Shown piece after piece: positions 1-8,400 of a stretch of DNA of 61,462 nucleotides. The stretch's first letter is position 1; each line of letters begins with the position of its first letter. This stretch comes from a virus (lineage: Duplodnaviria; Caudoviricetes). Below the pieces are notes generated by a model that worked only from the letters and a program-made list of their open reading frames with translations, made no database searches and was not told where the DNA came from. The translations under genes and the position numbers were made by a program. Location of the stretch: positions 1-61,462 of IMG/VR virus record IMGVR_UViG_3300017774_002380; one strand, given 5' to 3'.

Positions 1-123
1 AAAAATTTGTAGGACTAGTTGTAGCTCCGTTTGAATTGACAGTGACAACCAAATTTGTTGTGAAGAAATTTGTCGGCTTGTACAAAACACCGTTTGTCTC
101 AACCATTACGGCTTTGTAATTGG
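1..123. repeat. Terminal direct repeat (left copy); circular-assembly overlap
   Basis: Bases 1-123 are identical to 61340-61462, and an ORF reads in frame across the junction. Confidence 0.97.
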
Positions 124-187
124 TTGTTTGAGCGTGTACAGTAACTGCAAACAGCACTGCCACTAATAGTGAAACGATTTTTTTCAT
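1..187 (-). CDS. 5' part of a 298-aa Thr/Asn-rich protein with a Sec signal peptide (continues at 61339 down to 60630)
   Basis: ATG at 187 gives MKKIVSLLVAVLFAVTVHA-QTTNYKAV, in frame with MVETNG... of ORF 60630..61445. Missed by the ORF track. Confidence 0.9.
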   Translation of the reverse strand, partial: MKKIVSLLVAVLFAVTVHAQTTNYKAVMVETNGVLYKPTNFFTTNLVVTVNSNGATTSPTNF

Positions 188-207
188 TGTTTTATTATTT
201 AGATAAA

Positions 208-3200
208 TCATGGCGCAAATCCGCCAAATTTTTCAACGGTTATCTCTCCGTCATCTTCAATTCCAAGCAGCCATTGCGCTTTGTCAGAAGAAATATGCCG
301 TTGTCTTACTTTAATTTCTTGGCTGCCGGGTGTTGCAATTGTGCCGCGAAGTTGTCCCATAAACGGCCCCATTACTTGAGGGTATGAGCCAGCGTTACCA
401 TAATTGTCCAATCCAAATACTACATTGTTTTCGACAACACATCTCCACCCTGAAGCAGGAGCGCCATTGTTCCAATTGATAAACCTTGTCGGAGTAGGAA
501 CATTTGATTGGTTATAGCATACGCAAGTATTTCCAGTGATAACATGATTATCTCCAGTAATGAACAGCGAATAGACCGTATCTTGTGATTTAGAAATCTG
601 GATCGTGTTGTTTGAGAAGTTGCAGCTATTTGTGTTAAGCTGTGCAACAACAAATCCAGAGCCTGTTTGATCTGGTTCGTCCGAATAATTTACAAAATAG
701 TTTCCAGTTATTGTAGATCCTCTTGTCGGCCCCCAATTGTATTGGTCTTTGACAAAAATGGCTACATCATATCCGTAAAACACATTGCCAGTGATAGTGC
801 CGGGGCAATAGCCAGCAATGCAGGGAGATCCTCCACGCCAAAACGCCTGAACAGTTCCAGAACTAACATTTGAAGTCAGGTTAAACAGAGGCCCATTAAA
901 TGATTCTGAAACTTGGAATGCCGGGCTTGTTGCGGTCTTGTTAATTACGTAATAGGTTTTTCCTGCGCTAAGATTTCCTCCAGTTACATTAAATCGAACC
1001 TTCACGCCATTACCAATGAGCGGGGCTGTGTACGTTGTGTGAACGCCGCTTCCAGCAGTCGTTGTATTAACTCTGGTTCCAAGGCTTCCAATAGGAGACA
1101 GTGTAAACGTGTTTTGTGTAACGTCTCGGACAATGTAAACAGTGCTCGCGACTATCCCTGAAGGAAGAGCGCCAGTGGTTGTAAAGTAAACTCTAGATCC
1201 TTCAAGAAGACCGTGATTGTTTTTTGTAATAACAGCAGGACTTGCCTGACTGATTGTGCAAGTTCCGCTAAGAGGCCCACTTGCAGTAAACGTATCTGTC
1301 GCGGCATTTCCAACGACATCGTATGGATGTCCAAGCATGGATTTCTCGTAAACAAATCGGCATCCCTGAACAACAAGAGATCTTTGCGCTGCTGTATCGG
1401 CCTCAAAAACACGTATTCCGTAACCCGCATCGTTTACGGTTAGACCAGTAGCAACATCTTGTGCGTAGGGCCAAATTTCAGCTTTAGATAAGGCATACCT
1501 CCTGAATGTAACAGTGCCGGGAAACGCTCCAGCATATGATCCAGTAAAAGATTCAGGAATATATACTCCAACAGGCCCGATATCTGTTTGATTGATCAAC
1601 GGATCAGACGGGGCAGGCCCACCCATGTCCATCATGTACACTTTGCCAAGCGTAAGAGCGTTTCCAAATGCATTAGCTGTTACAGAAACTGAAACCGTTG
1701 ATCCTACTGCAGGCTGAACAAACGGGCCGAAATTAATGGCATTAAATACCGATCCAGCACCTGATGGAATAATTGTTTCAATTGGATTTCCTGTAAAAAA
1801 GCAATTGCTGTAATTCTCATGCGTTGCTCCAACATATGAAAATCCATCAACGGGTTGATCTACATCAAACGGAAGAACATTATTTTCAGGCATACCGCTG
1901 AAATAGACATTTTCACAATAGAAGTTTTTGATCCATCTAGACAAATTCACCGTTTGATTGCCACCAGTACTGCTCATGCTATGTGCCGAACCACGATTGT
2001 GCAGCATTTGGGTGTCAATAATTTCTAGATTTTCCAACTTGTCTACAAACAGGAAATTGTTGAACGGAAAAACAATAAACGGCATTCTGCAGTTCTCAAA
2101 TTGGCATCCTTTTATGCTGAACAATTTGCTGTAAGTAACCGTTGTAGTAAAAGGACTCATTCGGATGCCGCCAGCGGGAGCGCCACCGTAAATAACAATG
2201 TGAGGCTGCTGCTCAAAATAAAGGTTTTCTACCCTGATGGTGTCAAAACGGGTGCAGATATATAGAATGTCTGTTCCATTAGATCCTGCCGCTGTCGCTG
2301 GATTCGCCCCGTTACCGTATAAACGCGCACCCCGCCCATCAATACACAGCTTCATTTGTGTATTTCCTCCGTAAATATTGAGATAATTGCTAACGCTCGT
2401 TTGACCGATTGTATTCAGTTGGCGCGTGACAAGCCGATAGCTTCTGCCGGGTGTAAAGACAACGCGAGCCTCTCCGCCACGGGAATTGGTGTACGCAATC
2501 GCGGCATTGATACAGGCTTGAATGGCTGCAGAATCGTCAGTTCCAGTTGTTCCGTTCCAATCTCCAACAGCGCCATAATCTTCAACACAGAATACTTCCG
2601 CAAATCGATCATCAACAAATCTAGGCGTTATACTTCCCGTAGCGACAATCGGGCCGATTGAGAGCGCTGGCAAGTCCTGCCATGAAAGAGGCGTTCCCGT
2701 TGTTGGGGGAGCTACAAGAACTTTTGGATTCGGCCCTGAAACATATGCGGGGAGTTCTGATGGAAAATTGCCCCAAAATGGGGTTCCTCCACCACCGGGA
2801 GCGATGAGCGATTTTTGTCCTGCGGCAGCAGGATAAGGCGGAAGCTCGCGGAAACTTGATACAGATGCAAATAAAGAAGCAATGTCTTGTAGAATGTAAG
2901 CAAGCCAAGCCCCAACGGTCTGTGTCTGACTGCTCCCTGTGGGTGTAGCGTCACTTTGAGTAACATCGATAACACTAGGAGGTTGGTAGCCAAGATTTAC
3001 AATTGTAATAGCCGCTCCATTTGCAGGAGCAGTTGTAAACACAATATTAACGGGTACTGTGTTAGAAATGGTGTAAACCGTAGGAGGCTGGACTACTCCG
3101 TTTAGGTATACTAGATAGCTTGATCTAAGAGTGTTTGTGCTAGGTGAAAGCGCAAAGGTGGTTGTGCTGTTGTTTCCAGTATAAGACCAATACTGAAACG

Positions 3201-3477
3201 GTGAATACTGGCCGACAGTGTTCTGAAAAACTCGCATGAGATAGCATAGGAGTCCTTCTCCTGTTTCTCGCGGGATTGTAGGAACTTCAGCAGAAAAACT
3301 AGGATCACAAGGAATATCCCAAACAACCCTGCCTCCTGAAACTGTCTTGGTGATTTCGCCATAAAGCGCGTCCACCAAATTATCGATCAAAGACGGAACG
3401 CTTTCATGCTGAACCGTTGGATAAGGCGTGTCAGGGCAGCAGGAGTTTTTGTAAATGTTATTGTCGGAGCATGACAT
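208..3477 (-). CDS. Tailspike / receptor-binding protein with a pectate-lyase-like beta-helix
   Basis: 1089 aa. VEDYGAVGD...DDSAAIQACINAA is a typical start of phage beta-helix domains. C-terminal xxxGNxF rungs and a Cys-rich N-terminal attachment region. Confidence 0.85.
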   Translation of the reverse strand: MSCSDNNIYKNSCCPDTPYPTVQHESVPSLIDNLVDALYGEITKTVSGGRVVWDIPCDPSFSAEVPTIPRETGEGLLCYLMRVFQNTVGQYSPFQYWSYTGNNSTTTFALSPSTNTLRSSYLVYLNGVVQPPTVYTISNTVPVNIVFTTAPANGAAITIVNLGYQPPSVIDVTQSDATPTGSSQTQTVGAWLAYILQDIASLFASVSSFRELPPYPAAAGQKSLIAPGGGGTPFWGNFPSELPAYVSGPNPKVLVAPPTTGTPLSWQDLPALSIGPIVATGSITPRFVDDRFAEVFCVEDYGAVGDWNGTTGTDDSAAIQACINAAIAYTNSRGGEARVVFTPGRSYRLVTRQLNTIGQTSVSNYLNIYGGNTQMKLCIDGRGARLYGNGANPATAAGSNGTDILYICTRFDTIRVENLYFEQQPHIVIYGGAPAGGIRMSPFTTTVTYSKLFSIKGCQFENCRMPFIVFPFNNFLFVDKLENLEIIDTQMLHNRGSAHSMSSTGGNQTVNLSRWIKNFYCENVYFSGMPENNVLPFDVDQPVDGFSYVGATHENYSNCFFTGNPIETIIPSGAGSVFNAINFGPFVQPAVGSTVSVSVTANAFGNALTLGKVYMMDMGGPAPSDPLINQTDIGPVGVYIPESFTGSYAGAFPGTVTFRRYALSKAEIWPYAQDVATGLTVNDAGYGIRVFEADTAAQRSLVVQGCRFVYEKSMLGHPYDVVGNAATDTFTASGPLSGTCTISQASPAVITKNNHGLLEGSRVYFTTTGALPSGIVASTVYIVRDVTQNTFTLSPIGSLGTRVNTTTAGSGVHTTYTAPLIGNGVKVRFNVTGGNLSAGKTYYVINKTATSPAFQVSESFNGPLFNLTSNVSSGTVQAFWRGGSPCIAGYCPGTITGNVFYGYDVAIFVKDQYNWGPTRGSTITGNYFVNYSDEPDQTGSGFVVAQLNTNSCNFSNNTIQISKSQDTVYSLFITGDNHVITGNTCVCYNQSNVPTPTRFINWNNGAPASGWRCVVENNVVFGLDNYGNAGSYPQVMGPFMGQLRGTIATPGSQEIKVRQRHISSDKAQWLLGIEDDGEITVEKFGGFAP

Positions 3478-3546
3478 ATGTTTGATCCTCGTTAAGCGTT
3501 TTCTTCAGGCAAGTATGGTTTGGTTTTTTGTCCGTGCAAACATTTT

Positions 3547-4386
3547 TCAATAGAACGGGAAAAATTCTGCTCGTTGGCGAGAGCATCCATCTCCCATTCC
3601 AATTTCTAGAATCCATCCTCCAACCATAGCCGAAAGACCTTTGGTCAGCATAAAAGGTGTCTGTCTTTGGAAGCAACCTACCTGTAATACAGATACGTTT
3701 CGATAGCTCGGAAGCCAATCGGACTTGTGATAGTTCCCAATAGCTAAAACGTCTGGTTTAGTTCCGCCCTCAATCTGCTCGACAATTTTCTGAGCGCGAT
3801 AAGAAAGCGCATACGAAGAGCCTCCACCGGGGTGCAATAACCCGAATTTAATGCTTTTGCCATTTTTCATGGAGAAACTGATCTCTCCATGATCCTCGCC
3901 AAGGAAGATCCAATCTGACCGTAGCTGCTCTAGCCCTCCGCCGACATTGATTCCAGCGGCCCGTTTCAGGCTGACATCATGGTTACCAGTGATGAAGTGG
4001 ACAGGGACGCCAAAGTCAGGCGCTACCTCGGCAAAGTGCTTGCTCTGAGCTTCCCATCCATGCTTGTGAGTCTCGTACTCTTGACCGCGAAACAGCCTGT
4101 GGCCCTCCAAGACATCCCCTGCGTGTATCATGGCCTGAACCCCGCGCTTGCGGCAGGCGTCAGCGTAGGCATTCAGCGCTTCCAGATCCTCGTATAACGA
4201 GCCGAAATGCGTGTCTCCAAAGATCCCAACCCTGACGGTATCATCAGGAATCTTGATGGCTGTTGACCTCTTTGTATTTTTGAGGTGCTCCAGAACGCGA
4301 CTCATGCCGCTGATGCGTTCCTGACCAGCAGGAGATGCAATAAACTCTCCCTCAAACTCTTGTATGCTTTTTGGTTTCTTTTTCAT
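3547..4386 (-). CDS. Calcineurin-like metallophosphoesterase
   Basis: Motifs GDTH, AGDVLEG, GNHD, LLHP and GNYH. Likely start is the ATG at 4386 (MKKKPKS). Confidence 0.85.
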   Translation of the reverse strand: MKKKPKSIQEFEGEFIASPAGQERISGMSRVLEHLKNTKRSTAIKIPDDTVRVGIFGDTHFGSLYEDLEALNAYADACRKRGVQAMIHAGDVLEGHRLFRGQEYETHKHGWEAQSKHFAEVAPDFGVPVHFITGNHDVSLKRAAGINVGGGLEQLRSDWIFLGEDHGEISFSMKNGKSIKFGLLHPGGGSSYALSYRAQKIVEQIEGGTKPDVLAIGNYHKSDWLPSYRNVSVLQVGCFQRQTPFMLTKGLSAMVGGWILEIGMGDGCSRQRAEFFPFY

Positions 4387-4388
4387 GG

Positions 4389-4823
4389 TCAGATTCCAAC
4401 TATTTCCTTCATCTGCTTGATGGTTTCTTTGGAAGCCCAATAAGAAACATCACGCAGCTTAAAGTGATTGTCCCGAAATTCAGGAAGATCGGCAAAACGC
4501 CTGAAATAGTTCGGAGGAACCCCGCAAACCAACTTAAACTCGTTCTCCGTCAAGTATCCGTCTCCCAAGTCATCGATAGCTTTTTCGATCTTGAGGCCAA
4601 AGTCATTTTCAACGCGAAAATGATCCAAAGAATGCTTCTTGATGCGTATCTTGGTTTTCGGTGTGTTCTGATAGCTTTTCTCTTCTGATTTAACGCCAAG
4701 AACGCTTCTAATAATAGCTGTTGGTATTGGCCGCTCGCTCTTGCTGAAGAACTTGCGGATGCGCTCAGGATCTTTGCAGCCTGTACGTTTGATATATGCT
4801 AGGACTTTATTTTGTGGATTCAT
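4389..4823 (-). CDS. Hypothetical basic protein
   Basis: 144-aa ORF tightly packed between its neighbours. Confidence 0.7.
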   Translation of the reverse strand: MNPQNKVLAYIKRTGCKDPERIRKFFSKSERPIPTAIIRSVLGVKSEEKSYQNTPKTKIRIKKHSLDHFRVENDFGLKIEKAIDDLGDGYLTENEFKLVCGVPPNYFRRFADLPEFRDNHFKLRDVSYWASKETIKQMKEIVGI

Positions 4824-4824
4824 A

Positions 4825-5382
4825 TTAATATTCTGCTAAAAGATATGGAATGGTTTTTTGTCCATAACGGTTCATCTCTCCGTAGACCAGATTAATAAAT
4901 GCGTCCCATTGGGACGGATATACGGTTTGACACCCGGCTGATGACGTAGATGTATAAGATCCTTTATGGATGTTAATCGCGGTTCCAACGCCATCGTAGT
5001 AGCTATCGGTTTTGGCGTTGTATCGCTTCACTGGTAAAGTTTCGCCCTGCGTAGCAGGGCGCAGGGCAGGATATCCAGCCCCTCTGGATATTCCGTGCCT
5101 GCCCTTTTTATAACGGTAAACTCCCGCTTTCAGCGTAGCAACGGCGGGTTTTAACCGTGATGGGTCGGTATTGGCATTGAATGATGCATACGCCTGTGGC
5201 GACAGGATGAAAATCCCGTCATCATATATGCCAATATCGTTGCGATTTCTCTCCCCCATCGAATTTTTGTAATAGCCCCTGATCCCCACCAAAGCCACCT
5301 GATCGGTAATGCCAGCCTTTTTCAGAAGCCTTTCGGTTTCCTTGCGGCTTTGCAGCGGCTTTGATGGGGGAACTATCTTCAT
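4825..5382 (-). CDS. Putative endolysin, L,D-transpeptidase (YkuD)-like fold
   Basis: INIHKG...SAGCQ His/Cys motif, directly downstream of small membrane-protein genes. Confidence 0.65.
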   Translation of the reverse strand: MKIVPPSKPLQSRKETERLLKKAGITDQVALVGIRGYYKNSMGERNRNDIGIYDDGIFILSPQAYASFNANTDPSRLKPAVATLKAGVYRYKKGRHGISRGAGYPALRPATQGETLPVKRYNAKTDSYYDGVGTAINIHKGSYTSTSSAGCQTVYPSQWDAFINLVYGEMNRYGQKTIPYLLAEY

Positions 5383-5558
5383 TTGCTGCCTTTGCGGACT
5401 ACGTTGATCAGGCCGACGAGCGACAGGCCAACGGCAATAATTTGACCCTGCAATTCAGGCTCAAGACGGACTCCAGCGGCTGTTGCAAGCATGATGAGTC
5501 CTCTCCAAGTCGAATTTTCGGTCAGTCGTTCCAGAACGGTTTGAATGAGTTTATTCAT
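5379..5558 (-). CDS. Putative holin
   Basis: 59 aa from the ATG at 5558 (MNKLIQ...STWRGLIMLATAAG...IIAVGLSLVGLINVVRK). Two hydrophobic segments, a basic C-terminus, and overlap with the endolysin start. Confidence 0.65.
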   Translation of the reverse strand: MNKLIQTVLERLTENSTWRGLIMLATAAGVRLEPELQGQIIAVGLSLVGLINVVRKGSK

Positions 5559-5776
5559 TTTGATGATGTAGGTTTGGGTTGTTGTTTGCTCCAGAGATAA
5601 TCTATTGTTCCAGAGACGTTTGGCATAAAAACAAATTTCAGTTGAAGTCTTCCAAGTTTGCCAGAGTTTTCTCCTATAGGTGGAATCGGAATACTCGCAC
5701 AAGAAGATAATGTAATAGCTGTAATAATTGCCAGAATGACAAAAAGAAGCACTGTAGCTGTCGTTTTTGGTTTCAT
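5555..5776 (-). CDS. Small lipoprotein (spanin-like)
   Basis: Hydrophobic signal with lipobox LSSC, then a Pro-rich segment, within the lysis cluster. Confidence 0.55.
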   Translation of the reverse strand: MKPKTTATVLLFVILAIITAITLSSCASIPIPPIGENSGKLGRLQLKFVFMPNVSGTIDYLWSKQQPKPTSSK

Positions 5777-6069
5777 CCTCCTGCGGTTAAGCGCCTTTCT
5801 ACTCGCTCCATCATAGCCGTGTTCAGGCTGATGGTCTTGTGTGCCGTGCCAATAACTTCAAGCATATCCTTATTGGCAACTTTAAGATGATCTATGAAGT
5901 CTGAAGATTGATCGTCCATACGCTTTTGAAGCGTATCAAGCCTTCCCGTGAAGTATTTGAACAGCATAAAGGCCGAAAATAGGCCGATTACAATCAGGGC
6001 CACAAAAAGCCACCTGTCGCTTTGCGTCGAGGCTGTGTTTGCTACGTCTATGATGGCTTGAGGATTCAT
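5773..6069 (-). CDS. Single-TM membrane protein with coiled-coil tail (lysis-associated)
   Basis: TM segment WLFVALIVIGLFSAFMLF followed by a helical region. Confidence 0.55.
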   Translation of the reverse strand: MNPQAIIDVANTASTQSDRWLFVALIVIGLFSAFMLFKYFTGRLDTLQKRMDDQSSDFIDHLKVANKDMLEVIGTAHKTISLNTAMMERVERRLTAGG

Positions 6070-6079
6070 AACTTAAATT

Positions 6080-6247
6080 CTATGCTGGATTATTAGTATC
6101 TGCATCAGGCGTCAACTGAGACTGTATAGATGCCGCAATTGGCAAAAGAACTACTGCTGAATTCAGTCCTCCTGTACGGACGGCTGAGTCTAGCGCCTGC
6201 ATAACTGACTTTGCTTGTTCTTCTGTGAGTGTAATTGATTTATTCAT
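6080..6247 (-). CDS. Small hypothetical protein (55 aa), possibly tail-fibre associated
   Basis: Read by hand: MNKSITLTEEQAKSVMQALDSAVRTGGLNSAVVLLPIAASIQSQLTPDADTNNPA. Fills the gap and overlaps the upstream stop. Confidence 0.7.
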   Translation of the reverse strand: MNKSITLTEEQAKSVMQALDSAVRTGGLNSAVVLLPIAASIQSQLTPDADTNNPA

Positions 6248-6548
6248 TGTTTGATGTTTGTTGAGATTCCAACCATGTCAGAGTTGCTGGTATGGCTGCA
6301 AGCACAGCTTGGAAAGCATAAGCCAATTCTGGAACTTCATTTATTGCGGGATAAAGCGGCACACTAATTCTTTGTACAAGAGATCCATTGGCAAGTTCTC
6401 CTGCCTCCGTACATGGCAACAATTCAACTGTAATGCTTCCGCTGCCTTGCGTGTCTGGCTGTATAGCTGACAAGCTGTAAACGTGCAGCTTGTCGTAGAC
6501 TTTCGACGGAACGGGTTCCGTCACAATGGGTATTGGGTTGGTTAACAT
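6240..6548 (-). CDS. Hypothetical protein, possible tail-fibre chaperone
   Basis: 102 aa, immediately downstream of the fibre gene. Confidence 0.6.
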   Translation of the reverse strand: MLTNPIPIVTEPVPSKVYDKLHVYSLSAIQPDTQGSGSITVELLPCTEAGELANGSLVQRISVPLYPAINEVPELAYAFQAVLAAIPATLTWLESQQTSNNE

Positions 6549-6551
6549 AAA

Positions 6552-8300
6552 TTAGGCTGCAACGCACGGCACTTTGTAAGCCGTGCCAGCGGCGTCAAAT
6601 AAAGTCAGCGTGTGGGTCGCAACGATCATCTCAGAGACGGCATTCTGGTGAATGCGGAGTTGGCCTTGGAGCGGAGCAAAGTCACTATCGTCCGCGAGGC
6701 GCGATTGAAGAACAGTGCTGTTGCGCTTCAGCGCGGGGAAACTTGTTGTGCTTCCTCCAAACTGAAGCCGATCAAATCCATTTGACCCTGCGTTTAGAAG
6801 TCGAATAACCCCGGACCCTATGTTGCCGAGCATAGATGAATTGCCTTGAAAAGTAACGCTGGTGACTACGCTTAATCCAGCCGAACAAACAACGGCTCCA
6901 GTTGTTGCGCCAATTGTCATTCGCGTAGTTCCATCCGTCTGAAACTCCAGCGCCCTCGCCGTGCCAGTACCAAGTTTCTCCGTGCCGATGCGGAGAATAT
7001 TAGATTCCCACGCAAACTTGCCGCGCTCGTAGTTGCTGGCGTCCGTGTAGGTATTGTAGTTGCTAAACGATGCCGCCTCAAGCGGAGCAAAGGCACTATC
7101 GTCCGCGAGACGCGATTGAAGAACGGTGCTGCTACGTTTCAGCGCGGGGAAGCTGCTGGTTGTGCCGCCGAATTGTAGTCGATTAAAGCCGTCCAGCGCG
7201 GCATTCAGCAATGTTAGCACACCAGCCGATGCGTTAATTGGGCGCATGAAACAGTTGCCGCTCCATCCGATCAATGCCGTGGATTGCCCTGTCTGCTGCC
7301 CGAAGCCAACGGTTCCTCCAGTGCTAATGCCCATCCTCACCACCCCATCGGTCTGAAACTCCAGCGCCCTCGCCGTCCCGCCGCCCGATCCCTTCTCCGT
7401 GCCGATCTGAAACACGCTGGCGTTCCACTTGAGGAAGCCGCGCTCGTGGTTCGTGGCGGAGGTGTAGGTGTTGTAGATGTTGAAAGTTTGGGCGCTGGTG
7501 GTTCGGCGTTGGGCGAGAGTGTCGGCGGCATCGCGGAACAAAGATAAATCAGTTGATCCTGTTAAGTCAGTGTTAAGCGCCCACGACAAAGAATCGGCAG
7601 AAGCTATTCGTGGCCCGCTGCTGGAAACCTCAAATCTACTTGTGCCGTTTGTCACAAACGTCATGGTGTTGACTCCCCGACGAAAAAAGCCCGTGTCTGT
7701 ATCGTCTGCAAAGAAAAACGATGGCAGCAATCGAGTGCCGTCAGCAAGGGTCAGCGTGGTGAAGGCTCCGGTGGCTGGCGTGACATTACCGATGGGCTGG
7801 CCTTCGACTTGGATGCGGCCAGACGCATTAGGGACGGATAGGGTTCTTGTGGCCCCTGAGGTTACCCCGCTGACATCCAGAGCGACTTCTTTAGTTGGGT
7901 CAGTTTCATTGTATACGCGCCAGCGCGAGTCTGACTGAACCTCAGGAAATGTTCCTAGATATTCCCAATCGTTTAAATTTCCAAAATTGGTTATACGAAT
8001 ATACAGCCCTGCCGGGTGTCGGTTGATCAGCCATACCCCTGTGGAAAATCGCACAAGATAAACCGTATTGATTGCAGGCGTTCCTACCGTTACAGGCAAG
8101 TCATTATAAGTATCGACCACTCCATTAATATACCCCCCACCGCCCCCTCCTCCTTGGCTGATTGCATACAAAGCAGAAAGCATTAAATGCCTCCATGTTG
8201 CCGTATCTAATATGGATGGAATAACAGACGGATCTACTCCCGCTGCAATAAGCGCCAACTTGCGGTATTCCGCTGTGTCCAAAATACTAGGGCTGCTCAT
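6552..8300 (-). CDS. Tail (or head) fibre protein with an internal duplication
   Basis: 582 aa, Gly/Thr/Ser-rich. Fibre-like motifs (PSFFFADDTDTGFFR, MTFVTNGTSR) and two copies of a ~137-aa module. Confidence 0.75.
   Translation of the reverse strand: MSSPSILDTAEYRKLALIAAGVDPSVIPSILDTATWRHLMLSALYAISQGGGGGGGYINGVVDTYNDLPVTVGTPAINTVYLVRFSTGVWLINRHPAGLYIRITNFGNLNDWEYLGTFPEVQSDSRWRVYNETDPTKEVALDVSGVTSGATRTLSVPNASGRIQVEGQPIGNVTPATGAFTTLTLADGTRLLPSFFFADDTDTGFFRRGVNTMTFVTNGTSRFEVSSSGPRIASADSLSWALNTDLTGSTDLSLFRDAADTLAQRRTTSAQTFNIYNTYTSATNHERGFLKWNASVFQIGTEKGSGGGTARALEFQTDGVVRMGISTGGTVGFGQQTGQSTALIGWSGNCFMRPINASAGVLTLLNAALDGFNRLQFGGTTSSFPALKRSSTVLQSRLADDSAFAPLEAASFSNYNTYTDASNYERGKFAWESNILRIGTEKLGTGTARALEFQTDGTTRMTIGATTGAVVCSAGLSVVTSVTFQGNSSMLGNIGSGVIRLLNAGSNGFDRLQFGGSTTSFPALKRNSTVLQSRLADDSDFAPLQGQLRIHQNAVSEMIVATHTLTLFDAAGTAYKVPCVAA
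6665..7480 (-). repeat. Tandem ~411-414 bp imperfect duplication within the fibre gene
   Basis: gcggagcaaag.cactatcgtccgcgag at 6671 and 7082, and gtctgaaactccagcgccctcgccgt at 6937 and 7351. Confidence 0.9.
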
Positions 8301-8336
8301 GTATTCTTAAAGCGGGAAGCACCGTGACCTATGCAC

Positions 8337-8398
8337 GGAGTCACCTGATAGGGCGGGGGAGCGATTGCTCGCCCCCCGCCGTGATCAAGTGACTTCCG
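8337..8398 (-). other. Long GC-rich RNA hairpin after the capsid stop (processing, stability or attenuation element)
   Basis: AGTCACTTGAT..GGCGGGGGGCGA-GCAA-TCGCTCCCCCGCC..ATCAGGTGACT: about 23 bp, GNRA loop, no U-tract. Confidence 0.75.
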
Positions 8399-8400
8399 AA

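Noticed and set aside
1-123. Biological terminal repeat
   Set aside because: It falls mid-gene and has k-mer-like length, so an assembler overlap is the simpler explanation.
6665-7480. Diversity-generating retroelement TR/VR pair
   Set aside because: Both copies are in frame within one gene, differences are not confined to adenines, and no reverse transcriptase is present.
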